From Candidatus Saccharimonadales bacterium (lineage in GTDB: Bacteria > Patescibacteriota > Saccharimonadia > Saccharimonadales > CAIOMD01): a DNA stretch of 24,000 nucleotides. The translations under genes were made by a program, and so were the position numbers. Of this stretch, positions 15,861-22,595 are shown one piece after another; position 1 is the first letter of the stretch; each line of letters starts with the position of its first letter. The stretch covers positions 1 to 24,000 of the forward strand of contig JBBRSL010000006.1 in the NCBI GenBank assembly GCA_038245435.1, read 5' to 3'. Below the pieces are notes generated by a model. It made no database searches. It was not told the origin of the DNA and saw only the letters and a list, made by a program, of their open reading frames with translations.

Positions 15861-18682
15861 TACATGTATTCATTATTTGGATTACTAGATGTTCCTGAAG
15901 GGCTTGGTCCTGATCCAGCTCCAGGCCCAGAAACCGGAGGTGTCGAAGTTTGAGCCGGCACTGCAGTGAACACGCTTGTTTTTGTTATTGGATCAAACGT
16001 ATGTTGTAATTGCAATGCTCCGTCGCTTGATAATACTTGCTTTACTGCAGGGTGACCCATATCTTTAAGGCCAGAGATAACTTCTGGTGGAATGCCTGCT
16101 TGTTGGGCAGTCTTGCTAATGCTATTAAGCTGAACCAAGTAGTTATCGAGCTGTTCTTTGTTGCTTGTTGCCAGTGCTTGTTCAATATCTTGCACATATG
16201 CACCTTTTGTTACACTGCCATCATTATTTTTCTTAATTTGAAACCTGCCCTTTTCGACAGTGCTAAAAGCAGTAGGGCTAAGTTGATGCGACCCTTTGAT
16301 TCTCTTGCCACTAGCTGTAACAAGTTTGTCGGGTGTAAGGCCATTAATCTCGGCGTAGTTCTCATCTTGCAGTAGTTGCCATGTATCCATGTCTGTTGAT
16401 TGCAAATGCTGTGCAACCCTATCTGCGTTAGCTGCCTGCTTTTGTTTAAGTAGCTGTGAATGTGCAATGGCTTGCGCATAGTGGTCTGGCTGGTAAACTT
16501 GCCCATTTTTGCCCGTTACTTCCAGCCCCATTGCGATAGTTTCTAACTGGTTGAACTTATCCTCACCATATAGGCCATTAATAGCATTGCCGACGAGTTG
16601 TTGAGCCTCATCATGTTGTAGTTTCTTACCCTGTGAGACGGCAAGCTCTGTTCTTCGACTGTAGGCAGACTTTGTTGTTGGTAGGATTGCGCCACCCATC
16701 GTATTGGTCCGCCATCTATCAAGAGGCGTGCCTTTTCCAGCTCCGATTCTGTTATAAGCATTTCGATTCTTTTCTTCAGTAACAGCTTTTCGCGAGGCAT
16801 CGCGTTTTTCTCTGAGGCCAAACATTTTGCCACCCTTCATCTTTGAGCCTGCACCGTTAAGTGCGCCGGTAATGCTACCAAATATGCCACCCGCAAACTT
16901 AAAAGTTGCGGGAATCAAAAACAGTGGAGCAAAGTACGCGATAATCACTAAGACTATTTTAAGACCCCCTTCAGCGGTTGAGCTGCTGCTGCCTTTCGCC
17001 GTAATCGCCGCGAATATTTGTCCAGCCGCAAAAAGTAATGCAATGAGCGGGAACATAATAAGTAACTTGCTAAATAGCTGCCACCACGAGTTCCAAAACT
17101 TTTGAGTGTTTGGCAGAATCCATGCGACAAGCGCAATTGGCGCAAGTATAAGGAGCGCAATAATAAGAAGTTTTCGTATTATGAGTGTTAGGATTACGGC
17201 TGCTACCGAAATAATGACACCGATTGCCACAAGCGCAATTGTCATAAAGAATCCACCCGATAAGACGGTGCCCACCACGAATGCTGTTCCACCAATAACG
17301 AGCCCACTACCAGTAAATATAGTTGCGGCCCCGATGTCTTTAGAGGATTGAGAGTTGACGATATCAACGATATCGCCGCCTCCATTTGCCTGGAAAGGAG
17401 CGGTAATAAGCCAGTTTAGACCGTAGCCAAGTGCGTTGAATAGCTCAATCATTGTAGTAAATATAAACCAAGAAAGCTGAATAAGAATCACGGCTATAAC
17501 AAGGCGTGGCAACACTTTTTTTACGGTGTACGCATCAACAAAACTAAAGTTAAATATTTGGCTCGCGATCATAAAGAGTGCTACTAAAACTAAGAGTGTA
17601 TTTGCGACACCGCGGACCGCCGCCCAAGATGCTTGCAAGCCATTAGAAGAACTGCTGGTTAATTCTGGTATGGCCAATAAGCTAAATACTGAACTTCGAA
17701 GGAATCCATAAATTCCATCGGCAAGATCAAGCATTGGGCAAAGTATCCACCCAAAAACAGAAATACCGCTATAGCAGCCATCGTTAGTATTCGTTGTGCT
17801 ACTGCTGCTTGTTGTAGTTGCACCTACGGCAGATGTATCAAGGCCAAGTATGGATGTGTAGGCAATAGCTAAATCTTTATTTTTAAGTTTGTCAGAAAGT
17901 TCTTGGCAATCTGCTTTTCCGGCGCCTTGTGTGCCAATACCATAGCCAACAGATATTATTACTCCTTTACCCTGCTCGCCTTTAAATATGTAATCTTTTA
18001 TATCGCCGTTCTGTTGCACAGTAAATATTCTGTAGGTGTTGTCGTCGGTATTTGCTTGATTGATTTCGTTTTGCGTGGCGCCTTCTGGTGCTGCAGGGCC
18101 TATAGGCTTGAATGGTGTAGCTTTACAGCCAGTCACAAAGTTTTGGTAAAAAATGTAATACAAAAGTGCACTATCGGCCGAGCTGCGGTTTGTAGTAAAG
18201 AACATACGTGCAGGTATTGCTGCCCTGAGCTTATCTGCGCTGTAGGATTTTTGTACATAATTGTCGCCATTTAGCTCGTAGCCGATATTTTTTAGAAAGT
18301 TCGCAGTATCGCCGCCCGTCCAATTTTGTTCAACGAGTTTAAAAGCTTGGTTACATGGCACAACGCCCTTTTCGGGGGCTGCAACTGTACCTACACTTAC
18401 ATCCGACTCGCTTGACACTTTACCGTCGTTCACGTCTTGCGTGCTAATTGTCTGTTTAAACCGACATTGGTCTTCGGCAAAAGCGCTTAAAATCGACCAC
18501 GAAATAGCTCTGTCAGCAATGGGCGCAAGCTCTGCACTCGTTTTTGGAGTTATGGTACCACCACCAGTTACGGGTGCGGTTACTGCAAAAACCACACCGC
18601 CAACACTATTAAAGGCAAATATAAATAAAGCTGCCAGGAGGGCAAATGACTTAATTTTGCTAAATATTCTTTTTTTTTCCAC
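15860..18682 (-). CDS. VirB6/TrbL/TcpH-like polytopic T4SS membrane protein with a large N-terminal ectodomain and C-terminal cytoplasmic domain
   Basis: 940 aa, starting at GTG 18682. A signal or anchor segment (FALLAALFIFAFNSVGGVVFA) is followed by a ~270-aa Cys-containing ectodomain. A block of about 7-8 hydrophobic helices spans roughly aa 320-610. A ~330-aa hydrophilic C-terminal domain ends in a Ser/Pro/Gly tail. The architecture and its operon position with VirB4 fit VirB6-like proteins of Gram-positive T4SS. Confidence 0.65.
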   Translation of the reverse strand: MEKKRIFSKIKSFALLAALFIFAFNSVGGVVFAVTAPVTGGGTITPKTSAELAPIADRAISWSILSAFAEDQCRFKQTISTQDVNDGKVSSESDVSVGTVAAPEKGVVPCNQAFKLVEQNWTGGDTANFLKNIGYELNGDNYVQKSYSADKLRAAIPARMFFTTNRSSADSALLYYIFYQNFVTGCKATPFKPIGPAAPEGATQNEINQANTDDNTYRIFTVQQNGDIKDYIFKGEQGKGVIISVGYGIGTQGAGKADCQELSDKLKNKDLAIAYTSILGLDTSAVGATTTSSSSTTNTNDGCYSGISVFGWILCPMLDLADGIYGFLRSSVFSLLAIPELTSSSSNGLQASWAAVRGVANTLLVLVALFMIASQIFNFSFVDAYTVKKVLPRLVIAVILIQLSWFIFTTMIELFNALGYGLNWLITAPFQANGGGDIVDIVNSQSSKDIGAATIFTGSGLVIGGTAFVVGTVLSGGFFMTIALVAIGVIISVAAVILTLIIRKLLIIALLILAPIALVAWILPNTQKFWNSWWQLFSKLLIMFPLIALLFAAGQIFAAITAKGSSSSTAEGGLKIVLVIIAYFAPLFLIPATFKFAGGIFGSITGALNGAGSKMKGGKMFGLREKRDASRKAVTEEKNRNAYNRIGAGKGTPLDRWRTNTMGGAILPTTKSAYSRRTELAVSQGKKLQHDEAQQLVGNAINGLYGEDKFNQLETIAMGLEVTGKNGQVYQPDHYAQAIAHSQLLKQKQAANADRVAQHLQSTDMDTWQLLQDENYAEINGLTPDKLVTASGKRIKGSHQLSPTAFSTVEKGRFQIKKNNDGSVTKGAYVQDIEQALATSNKEQLDNYLVQLNSISKTAQQAGIPPEVISGLKDMGHPAVKQVLSSDGALQLQHTFDPITKTSVFTAVPAQTSTPPVSGPGAGSGPSPSGTSSNPNNEYM

Positions 18683-18784
18683 GTGAAATTTTATTTAAAC
18701 TCTTATGTATTACTTTACCATAGTAACTACTGAAGTTTAATAAGCTAAAATTGCAGCAATTGATATTTTTTAAAAAAGTTTTGT

Positions 18785-18793
18785 TGCTATAAT
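18785..18793 (+). promoter_or_regulatory. Candidate extended -10 promoter of the pilin operon
   Basis: TGcTATAAT at 18785-18793 lies in the AT-rich divergent region between the VirB6-like gene and the first pilin gene. There is no good -35 at 17-nt spacing. Confidence 0.4.
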
Positions 18794-18810
18794 GTTTGAA
18801 AGAAGCAAAT

Positions 18811-19194
18811 ATGAAAATAATTCAAAGAGTACTACTAACATTGATTGCCGTTACGGCCCTACTCGTGCCTTCAGTTCCTGCTTTTGCTGCAGGTACGGCA
18901 ATACCTGCGCCTACAACGGGTGAATTCCAGTGCACGGGTGACTTGCAAACATGCACCAAAAAAAACCCAATAATTCAGTGGGTTAATTTTTTTGTTAATG
19001 CCCTTGCGGTGATAATTTTTGTCGGTGCTACTGCAATGATGGTTTTTGCAGGTATTCAATATATTACTGCTGCAGATAACGCTCAAAAGATTCAGGATTC
19101 GAAGAAACGCATAACAAATGTAATTGTCGGCCTAATTGCGTTCTTTTTTCTGTATGCATTTATGCAATGGTTGATTCCCGGGGGAGTATTTTAA
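18811..19194 (+). CDS. T4SS pilin-like protein (VirB2/TrbC-type architecture), paralogue 1 (divergent)
   Basis: The ATG at 18811 (MKIIQRVLLTLIAVTALLVPSVPAFA/AGT) is preferred over the ORF-track TTG at 18796. A signal peptide is followed by a Cys pair (FQCTGDLQTCTK), a TM helix, FAGIQYITAADNAQKIQDSKKRITNVIVGLIAFFFL and a second TM helix. Confidence 0.7.
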   Translation: MKIIQRVLLTLIAVTALLVPSVPAFAAGTAIPAPTTGEFQCTGDLQTCTKKNPIIQWVNFFVNALAVIIFVGATAMMVFAGIQYITAADNAQKIQDSKKRITNVIVGLIAFFFLYAFMQWLIPGGVF

Positions 19195-19970
19195 TGGTAG
19201 TAATCATTAAAAAAACTATTCTTCTTTTGGGCCTTATTATTGTTTTTACAGGTGTGGCTAGCCCGCTTGCATTTGCAGCTTCTGGGGCAGCCCAGCCAAC
19301 TTCGCTAAACACTACGAGTACTGCCCCTACGCTCGTAGCGGCTTCAGGGTCAACGACATGCACAAAAAGCTTTTTGGGGTTCCCCACATGGTACAAATAT
19401 CTACCAATTGGCCCCGCACCACAGTGCACGATTATTACGAAGGATATTGGTGGTCAAGTTGCGGTACTAATATTAATGGCGGTAATAGAAATAATGCTTT
19501 CAGCTGCCGGAATTATAGCCGTAGGCTTTGTAATATTTGGTGCTTTTAAATTTATAACGTCACAAGCAGATCCTCAAAAAATAGCTGGTGCTCGTACAAC
19601 TATCGCAAATGCACTCGTCGGCTTAGTAGTTGCACTCGTTGCATCAAGAGTTATTGCCTTTATTGGTAACAAGCTATCTGCATCTGCAACTAATACTGCA
19701 GTAAATAACGGCGCATTAGATGGCGCGAATATTCCGCAAGTGACTGCTAACACGGCCCAAGTACAAGATTTGCTAAGCTTCGTATTCGTACTTGCTGGCG
19801 CCATAGCTTTGCTTGTAATTACCATTGCAGGATTTAACTTTGTGACATCACAGGGCGAACCGCAAAAGGTCGCAAAAGCTCGAATGACGATATTGTATGC
19901 AGTTGTTGGACTCGTAGTAGCCATATTTGCGTTTGTAATTGTAAAATTTATTGTAGGCAATATAGGATGA
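19194..19970 (+). CDS. Tandem (double-domain) T4SS pilin-like protein, paralogue 2
   Basis: The ATG at 19194 overlaps the upstream stop (TAATG), with GGGGAG 8 nt upstream. It is preferred over the track start at 19167. The signal peptide reads MVVIIKKTILLLGLIIVFTGVASPLAFA/AS, and there is a Cys pair (TTCTK...PQCTI). Two pilin modules follow: FGAFKFITSQADPQKIAGARTTIANALVGLVVALVA and AGFNFVTSQGEPQKVAKARMTILYAVVGLVVAIFA. Confidence 0.75.
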   Translation: MVVIIKKTILLLGLIIVFTGVASPLAFAASGAAQPTSLNTTSTAPTLVAASGSTTCTKSFLGFPTWYKYLPIGPAPQCTIITKDIGGQVAVLILMAVIEIMLSAAGIIAVGFVIFGAFKFITSQADPQKIAGARTTIANALVGLVVALVASRVIAFIGNKLSASATNTAVNNGALDGANIPQVTANTAQVQDLLSFVFVLAGAIALLVITIAGFNFVTSQGEPQKVAKARMTILYAVVGLVVAIFAFVIVKFIVGNIG

Positions 19971-20368
19971 GACTCTTGAGATACCTCTTGCTGATGCCAG
20001 CATTATTTTTAGTTCTGCTTTTTCCCGTAACGACCTTTGCGAGTACGCAGAGTGAAGTTACGGCCGCTTGTGCAACTGCAGCAAAGAATGACGGTGAAAT
20101 GCCTTCATATTGCCAAACCACGGGCACAACTAAGGATCCTTTAACGGGCCCAGACGGCACGCTTACAAAGATTACTAATATTGTAGGTTTTGTTGCAGGA
20201 GCAGTAGCCGTTATTATGATCATAATTGGTGGTTTTAGATTTGTTATAAGCCGTGGTGATTCCGCAAAAGTTGTTACTGCGAGGCAAACAATTCTGTACT
20301 CAGTGGTTGGTCTTATCGTTATTGTTTTTGCGCGCACAATAGTAATATTTGTTCTGAGTAGAATATAG
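19967..20368 (+). CDS. T4SS pilin-like protein, paralogue 3
   Basis: 133 aa, with an ATGA overlap onto the upstream gene. The signal peptide ends ...FPVTTFA/STQ. There is a Cys pair (AACATAAKNDGEMPSYCQ), then GGFRFVISRGDSAKVVTARQTILYSVVGLIVIVFA. Confidence 0.8.
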   Translation: MRLLRYLLLMPALFLVLLFPVTTFASTQSEVTAACATAAKNDGEMPSYCQTTGTTKDPLTGPDGTLTKITNIVGFVAGAVAVIMIIIGGFRFVISRGDSAKVVTARQTILYSVVGLIVIVFARTIVIFVLSRI

Positions 20369-20378
20369 AGGAGTAAGA

Positions 20379-20828
20379 ATGATTTCTAAAAGTAAAAAAT
20401 TAATACTAGCAACAATAACAAGTCTGCTGTTGTTTGGTGGATTTTCTGTTGCCTTAACACCTTTAGTATTCGCAGCGCCTGCCCCTGAACCTGCGGCTAC
20501 CACGACTTCCGCTACTACCAATTCTGCTGCAGACCAGGTGTGCCAAGGTTTAAGCCAGGCAGATGGATCAACTGGTTGTGACTCAAAAGGTACTGGTAAG
20601 ACAGCAACGAGCCTCATAAATACCATCATCAACTTATTTTCTTGGGCTATCGGTGTTATCGCCGTAATTATGATTATATTTGGCGGTTTTAAGTTTGTGG
20701 CGAGTACTGGTGATAGCGGTAAGGTGGCGTCTGCTCGTTCGACTATAATCTATGCGCTTATTGGTTTAGTTGTTGTGGCGCTTGCACAAACAATAGTAAA
20801 ATTTGTGCTGGGGCAGTTTATTAAATAA
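20379..20828 (+). CDS. T4SS pilin-like protein, paralogue 4
   Basis: 149 aa, with SD AGAGGAG at 20367-20373. The signal peptide ends ...ALTPLVFA/AP. There is a Cys pair (QVCQGLSQADGSTGCDS), then GGFKFVASTGDSGKVASARSTIIYALIGLVVVALAQTIVKFVLG. Confidence 0.85.
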   Translation: MISKSKKLILATITSLLLFGGFSVALTPLVFAAPAPEPAATTTSATTNSAADQVCQGLSQADGSTGCDSKGTGKTATSLINTIINLFSWAIGVIAVIMIIFGGFKFVASTGDSGKVASARSTIIYALIGLVVVALAQTIVKFVLGQFIK

Positions 20829-20859
20829 TTTCATTAGCTGTTTTGTTTAGGGCAATCTA

Positions 20860-20888
20860 TTGCAAGCTTGCCCCAGTGGTGATATAAG
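20860..20888 (+). promoter_or_regulatory. Candidate internal sigma70-type promoter for the last pilin gene
   Basis: TTGCAA at 20860-20865, a 17-nt spacer, then extended -10 TGaTATAAG at 20880-20888. This lies about 30 nt upstream of the ATG at 20918. It overlaps a 10-bp palindrome GCAAGCTTGC at 20862-20871. Confidence 0.45.
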
Positions 20889-20917
20889 ATAAGTAACAAA
20901 AGTAACTAAAAGGAATA

Positions 20918-21355
20918 ATGTACATGAAAAAACTTAAGTTCTTAATTACGATGATTTTCGCTATGAGCCTTAGCTTGGTGCCGGCTACTTTGCTTGCTGG
21001 TTCTGCTATGGCCGCAACTTCGATTCAAGACTCTACTTGTCAGGGCGCATCTCTAGAGGCCCCAAGTGGTTCTAACACGGGTGCTTGTAATACTAATAAC
21101 GCTGATTCGGCAACTAACGTTACAAAAATTGTGACCCTTGCAGTCAATATCTTTTCATGGGTCATTGGTGTTGTTGCGGTGTTCGCAATCATCTACGGTG
21201 GCTTTAAGTACATTACATCTGCTGGCGAATCAGGCGGCGTAACCTCTGCAAAGAACACAATTTTGTACGCCATTATCGGCCTCGTAATTGTCGCCCTTGC
21301 GCAGGTAATCGTTAAGTTCGTACTTGGCAACGTTACGGGTAGCGTTTCAAACTAG
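20918..21355 (+). CDS. T4SS pilin-like protein, paralogue 5 (candidate major subunit)
   Basis: 145 aa. The start could instead be ATG at 20924. The signal peptide ends ...LLAGSAMA/AT. There is a Cys pair (STCQGASLEAPSGSNTGACNT), then GGFKYITSAGESGGVTSAKNTILYAIIGLVIVALAQVIVKFVLG. It has its own candidate promoter upstream and a strong terminator downstream. Confidence 0.85.
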   Translation: MYMKKLKFLITMIFAMSLSLVPATLLAGSAMAATSIQDSTCQGASLEAPSGSNTGACNTNNADSATNVTKIVTLAVNIFSWVIGVVAVFAIIYGGFKYITSAGESGGVTSAKNTILYAIIGLVIVALAQVIVKFVLGNVTGSVSN

Positions 21356-21380
21356 TAAGTATTTCAAAACTAGCTAACTT

Positions 21381-21405
21381 CCCCGCTCCGGCGGGGATTT
21401 TTATT
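21381..21405 (+). terminator. Rho-independent terminator of the pilin operon
   Basis: CCCCGC (21381-21386), loop TCCG, GCGGGG (21391-21396), followed by ATTTTTATTTATT. Confidence 0.8.
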
Positions 21406-21428
21406 TATTGTTATTTGCTATGGGTAAT

Positions 21429-21460
21429 AAAAAACTCCCACAGTTGTGAGAGTTTTTTAT
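21429..21460. terminator. Bidirectional terminator-like hairpin between the pilin operon and hsp20
   Basis: AAAAAACTCCCAC-AGTT-GTGAGAGTTTTTT is an 8-bp stem with one C-A mismatch. An A-run on one side and a T-run on the other flank it. It lies 18 nt downstream of the hsp20 stop on the minus strand. Confidence 0.6.
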
Positions 21461-21477
21461 GCTGACAAGTTTGTCTA

Positions 21478-21957
21478 TTAAAGAATCTGAATCTTCTTGA
21501 CTGAATCTTGCTTGAGCTTAGTAAAGCCAATAGTTAGAACACCATCTTTTAGTACAGCTTCGATTTCGTCTTCTTTCACTGGTACTGGTAATGCGATAGT
21601 ACGGCTAAATTCGCCCCAATAGCATTCTTGTAGGTGATAGTTTTCGATATCTTCTTCGTAGCCTGCGCTGAGTGTGCCGCGGATCGAAAGTTGGTTATCG
21701 GCGATACTAACATCGAGGTCGTTTTTATTAACGCCTGCGGTACGAGCCTTTACGATAAGCTTTTCTTTCGTTTCGTATACATCAAGTGCTAACTGGCCCG
21801 GGAGTGCTTCTGCACCCTCGTCGTCCCAATCGTCTCCACTTGGTTGCTGCGGTTGCTGCTGGCTGTCATCTACTTGACCAAAATCATCGTCGCCTAGAAA
21901 CGCAGCGGTTAGTTCTTCTTCCATTAACAGATCATCATCTGCTGAACGTCGTGCCAT
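21478..21957 (-). CDS. hsp20: Hsp20/alpha-crystallin family small heat-shock protein
   Basis: 159 aa. An acidic N-terminus is followed by the alpha-crystallin domain GQLALDVYETKEKLIVKARTAGVNKNDLDVSIADNQLSIRGT...FSRTIALPVPVKEDEIEAVLKDGVLTIGFTK. SD GGAGGG lies at 21967-21972 on the minus strand. Confidence 0.88.
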   Translation of the reverse strand: MARRSADDDLLMEEELTAAFLGDDDFGQVDDSQQQPQQPSGDDWDDEGAEALPGQLALDVYETKEKLIVKARTAGVNKNDLDVSIADNQLSIRGTLSAGYEEDIENYHLQECYWGEFSRTIALPVPVKEDEIEAVLKDGVLTIGFTKLKQDSVKKIQIL

Positions 21958-22026
21958 GTGTGTTACCCTCCACGCCTGTCTTTATATGAGATTAATAAAA
22001 CAACTCTTGTTTTTGTATTCTGAACA

Positions 22027-22055
22027 GATTATAACCTTGTAGCGAACACGCGGCA
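22027..22055 (-). promoter_or_regulatory. Candidate hsp20 promoter
   Basis: The minus strand reads TTGCCG (22050-22055), a 17-nt spacer, then TATAAT (22027-22032). This predicts a ~60-nt 5' UTR. Confidence 0.4.
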
Positions 22056-22382
22056 ATAAAGACTGGTGTCATTTACAACATATTTTATACAACATGAGCG
22101 TAATAAATATGTATCTAAGGCTTACTGCGTCACAAAATTATAGAGGTCATGTGGCTGTGGGTTTCATTATCCGCCGATGTTGCGTTGATAAATAATTATT
22201 ATTTTACCAACCAACTTTTGTTTTATTTGTGGCAAGTAGAAGGTTGACTTTAACTATTCGAAAAGTGAACCATAAAGTCGAGGTTAAGGGCCTGTACATG
22301 ATATTTTTTGCTTGAACGGAAGAATAATCATAAATAGTATTTCCAAAAGTATCGGCTAACTCTTTTAAATCAACGCCTACGC

Positions 22383-22391
22383 TGTTATAAT
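22383..22391 (+). promoter_or_regulatory. Candidate extended -10 promoter of tRNA-Ser(GCU)
   Basis: TGtTATAAT at 22383-22391 ends 12 nt upstream of the mature tRNA 5' end. Confidence 0.5.
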
Positions 22392-22403
22392 TTGAATCTG
22401 TTT

Positions 22404-22496
22404 GGAGGGGTACCCAAGTGGCTGAAGGGGATGGTTTGCTAAATCATTAGTGGGGAGCAATCTCCAGCGAGGGTTCGAATCCCTCCTCCTCCGCCA
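22404..22496 (+). tRNA. tRNA-Ser (anticodon GCU), class II with long variable arm, CCA encoded
   Basis: Hand-folded. The acceptor stem is GGAGGGG/CTCCTCC with one G-T pair. The D arm is CCC..GGG. The anticodon stem is ATGGT/ATCAT with loop TTGCTAA. The long variable arm is GTGGGGAGCAATCTCCAGC. The T arm is GAGGG-TTCGAAT-CCCTC, with discriminator G and then CCA. Confidence 0.9.
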
Positions 22497-22502
22497 AACA
22501 AA

Positions 22503-22533
22503 GAAAGTTCTGCCGTAAGGTAGGACTTTTTTG
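22503..22533 (+). terminator. Rho-independent terminator-like hairpin after tRNA-Ser(GCU)
   Basis: GTTCTGCC (22507-22514), loop GTAA, GGTAGGAC (22519-22526). The stem is 8 bp including two G-T pairs, followed by TTTTTT. Confidence 0.55.
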
Positions 22534-22595
22534 TTTCTGTTAGCCCTAGTTTTTAAATATTTTTGGAAGCTTGACCGAGCTGTATAATTACTGAT

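Noticed and set aside
18796-18810. TTG start at 18796 for the first pilin gene, and ATG 19167 for the second
   Set aside because: TTG 18796 lies only 2 nt after the putative -10 and adds MKEAN before a perfectly good signal peptide starting at ATG 18811. ATG 19167 would create a 28-nt overlap and add 9 residues before the signal peptide. ATG 19194 has GGGGAG at proper spacing and a TAATG stop-start overlap.
19574-20632. Three minus-strand ORFs (19574-19960, 19948-20337, 20300-20632) antisense to the pilin genes
   Set aside because: The plus-strand frames have signal peptides, SD or overlap coupling and a motif conserved in six copies. The antisense translations are low-complexity Ala/Thr/Val strings produced by the hydrophobic codon bias of the sense frames.
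5721-21405. T4SS locus as an integrative conjugative element or prophage remnant
   Set aside because: No integrase, relaxase, coupling protein, replication or partition genes, flanking direct repeats or obvious compositional shift is visible in the window. The adjacent tRNA genes lie beyond hsp20 and are not at the cluster boundary. This cannot be excluded without the rest of the genome.
22093-22240. Two ~32-33-codon plus-strand mini-ORFs in the long hsp20-tRNA spacer (ATG 22093 and ATG 22148)
   Set aside because: They have no credible SD or promoter spacing and no motif. Their length is within chance expectation. The 445-bp AT-rich spacer is better explained by divergent promoters and the hsp20 5' UTR.
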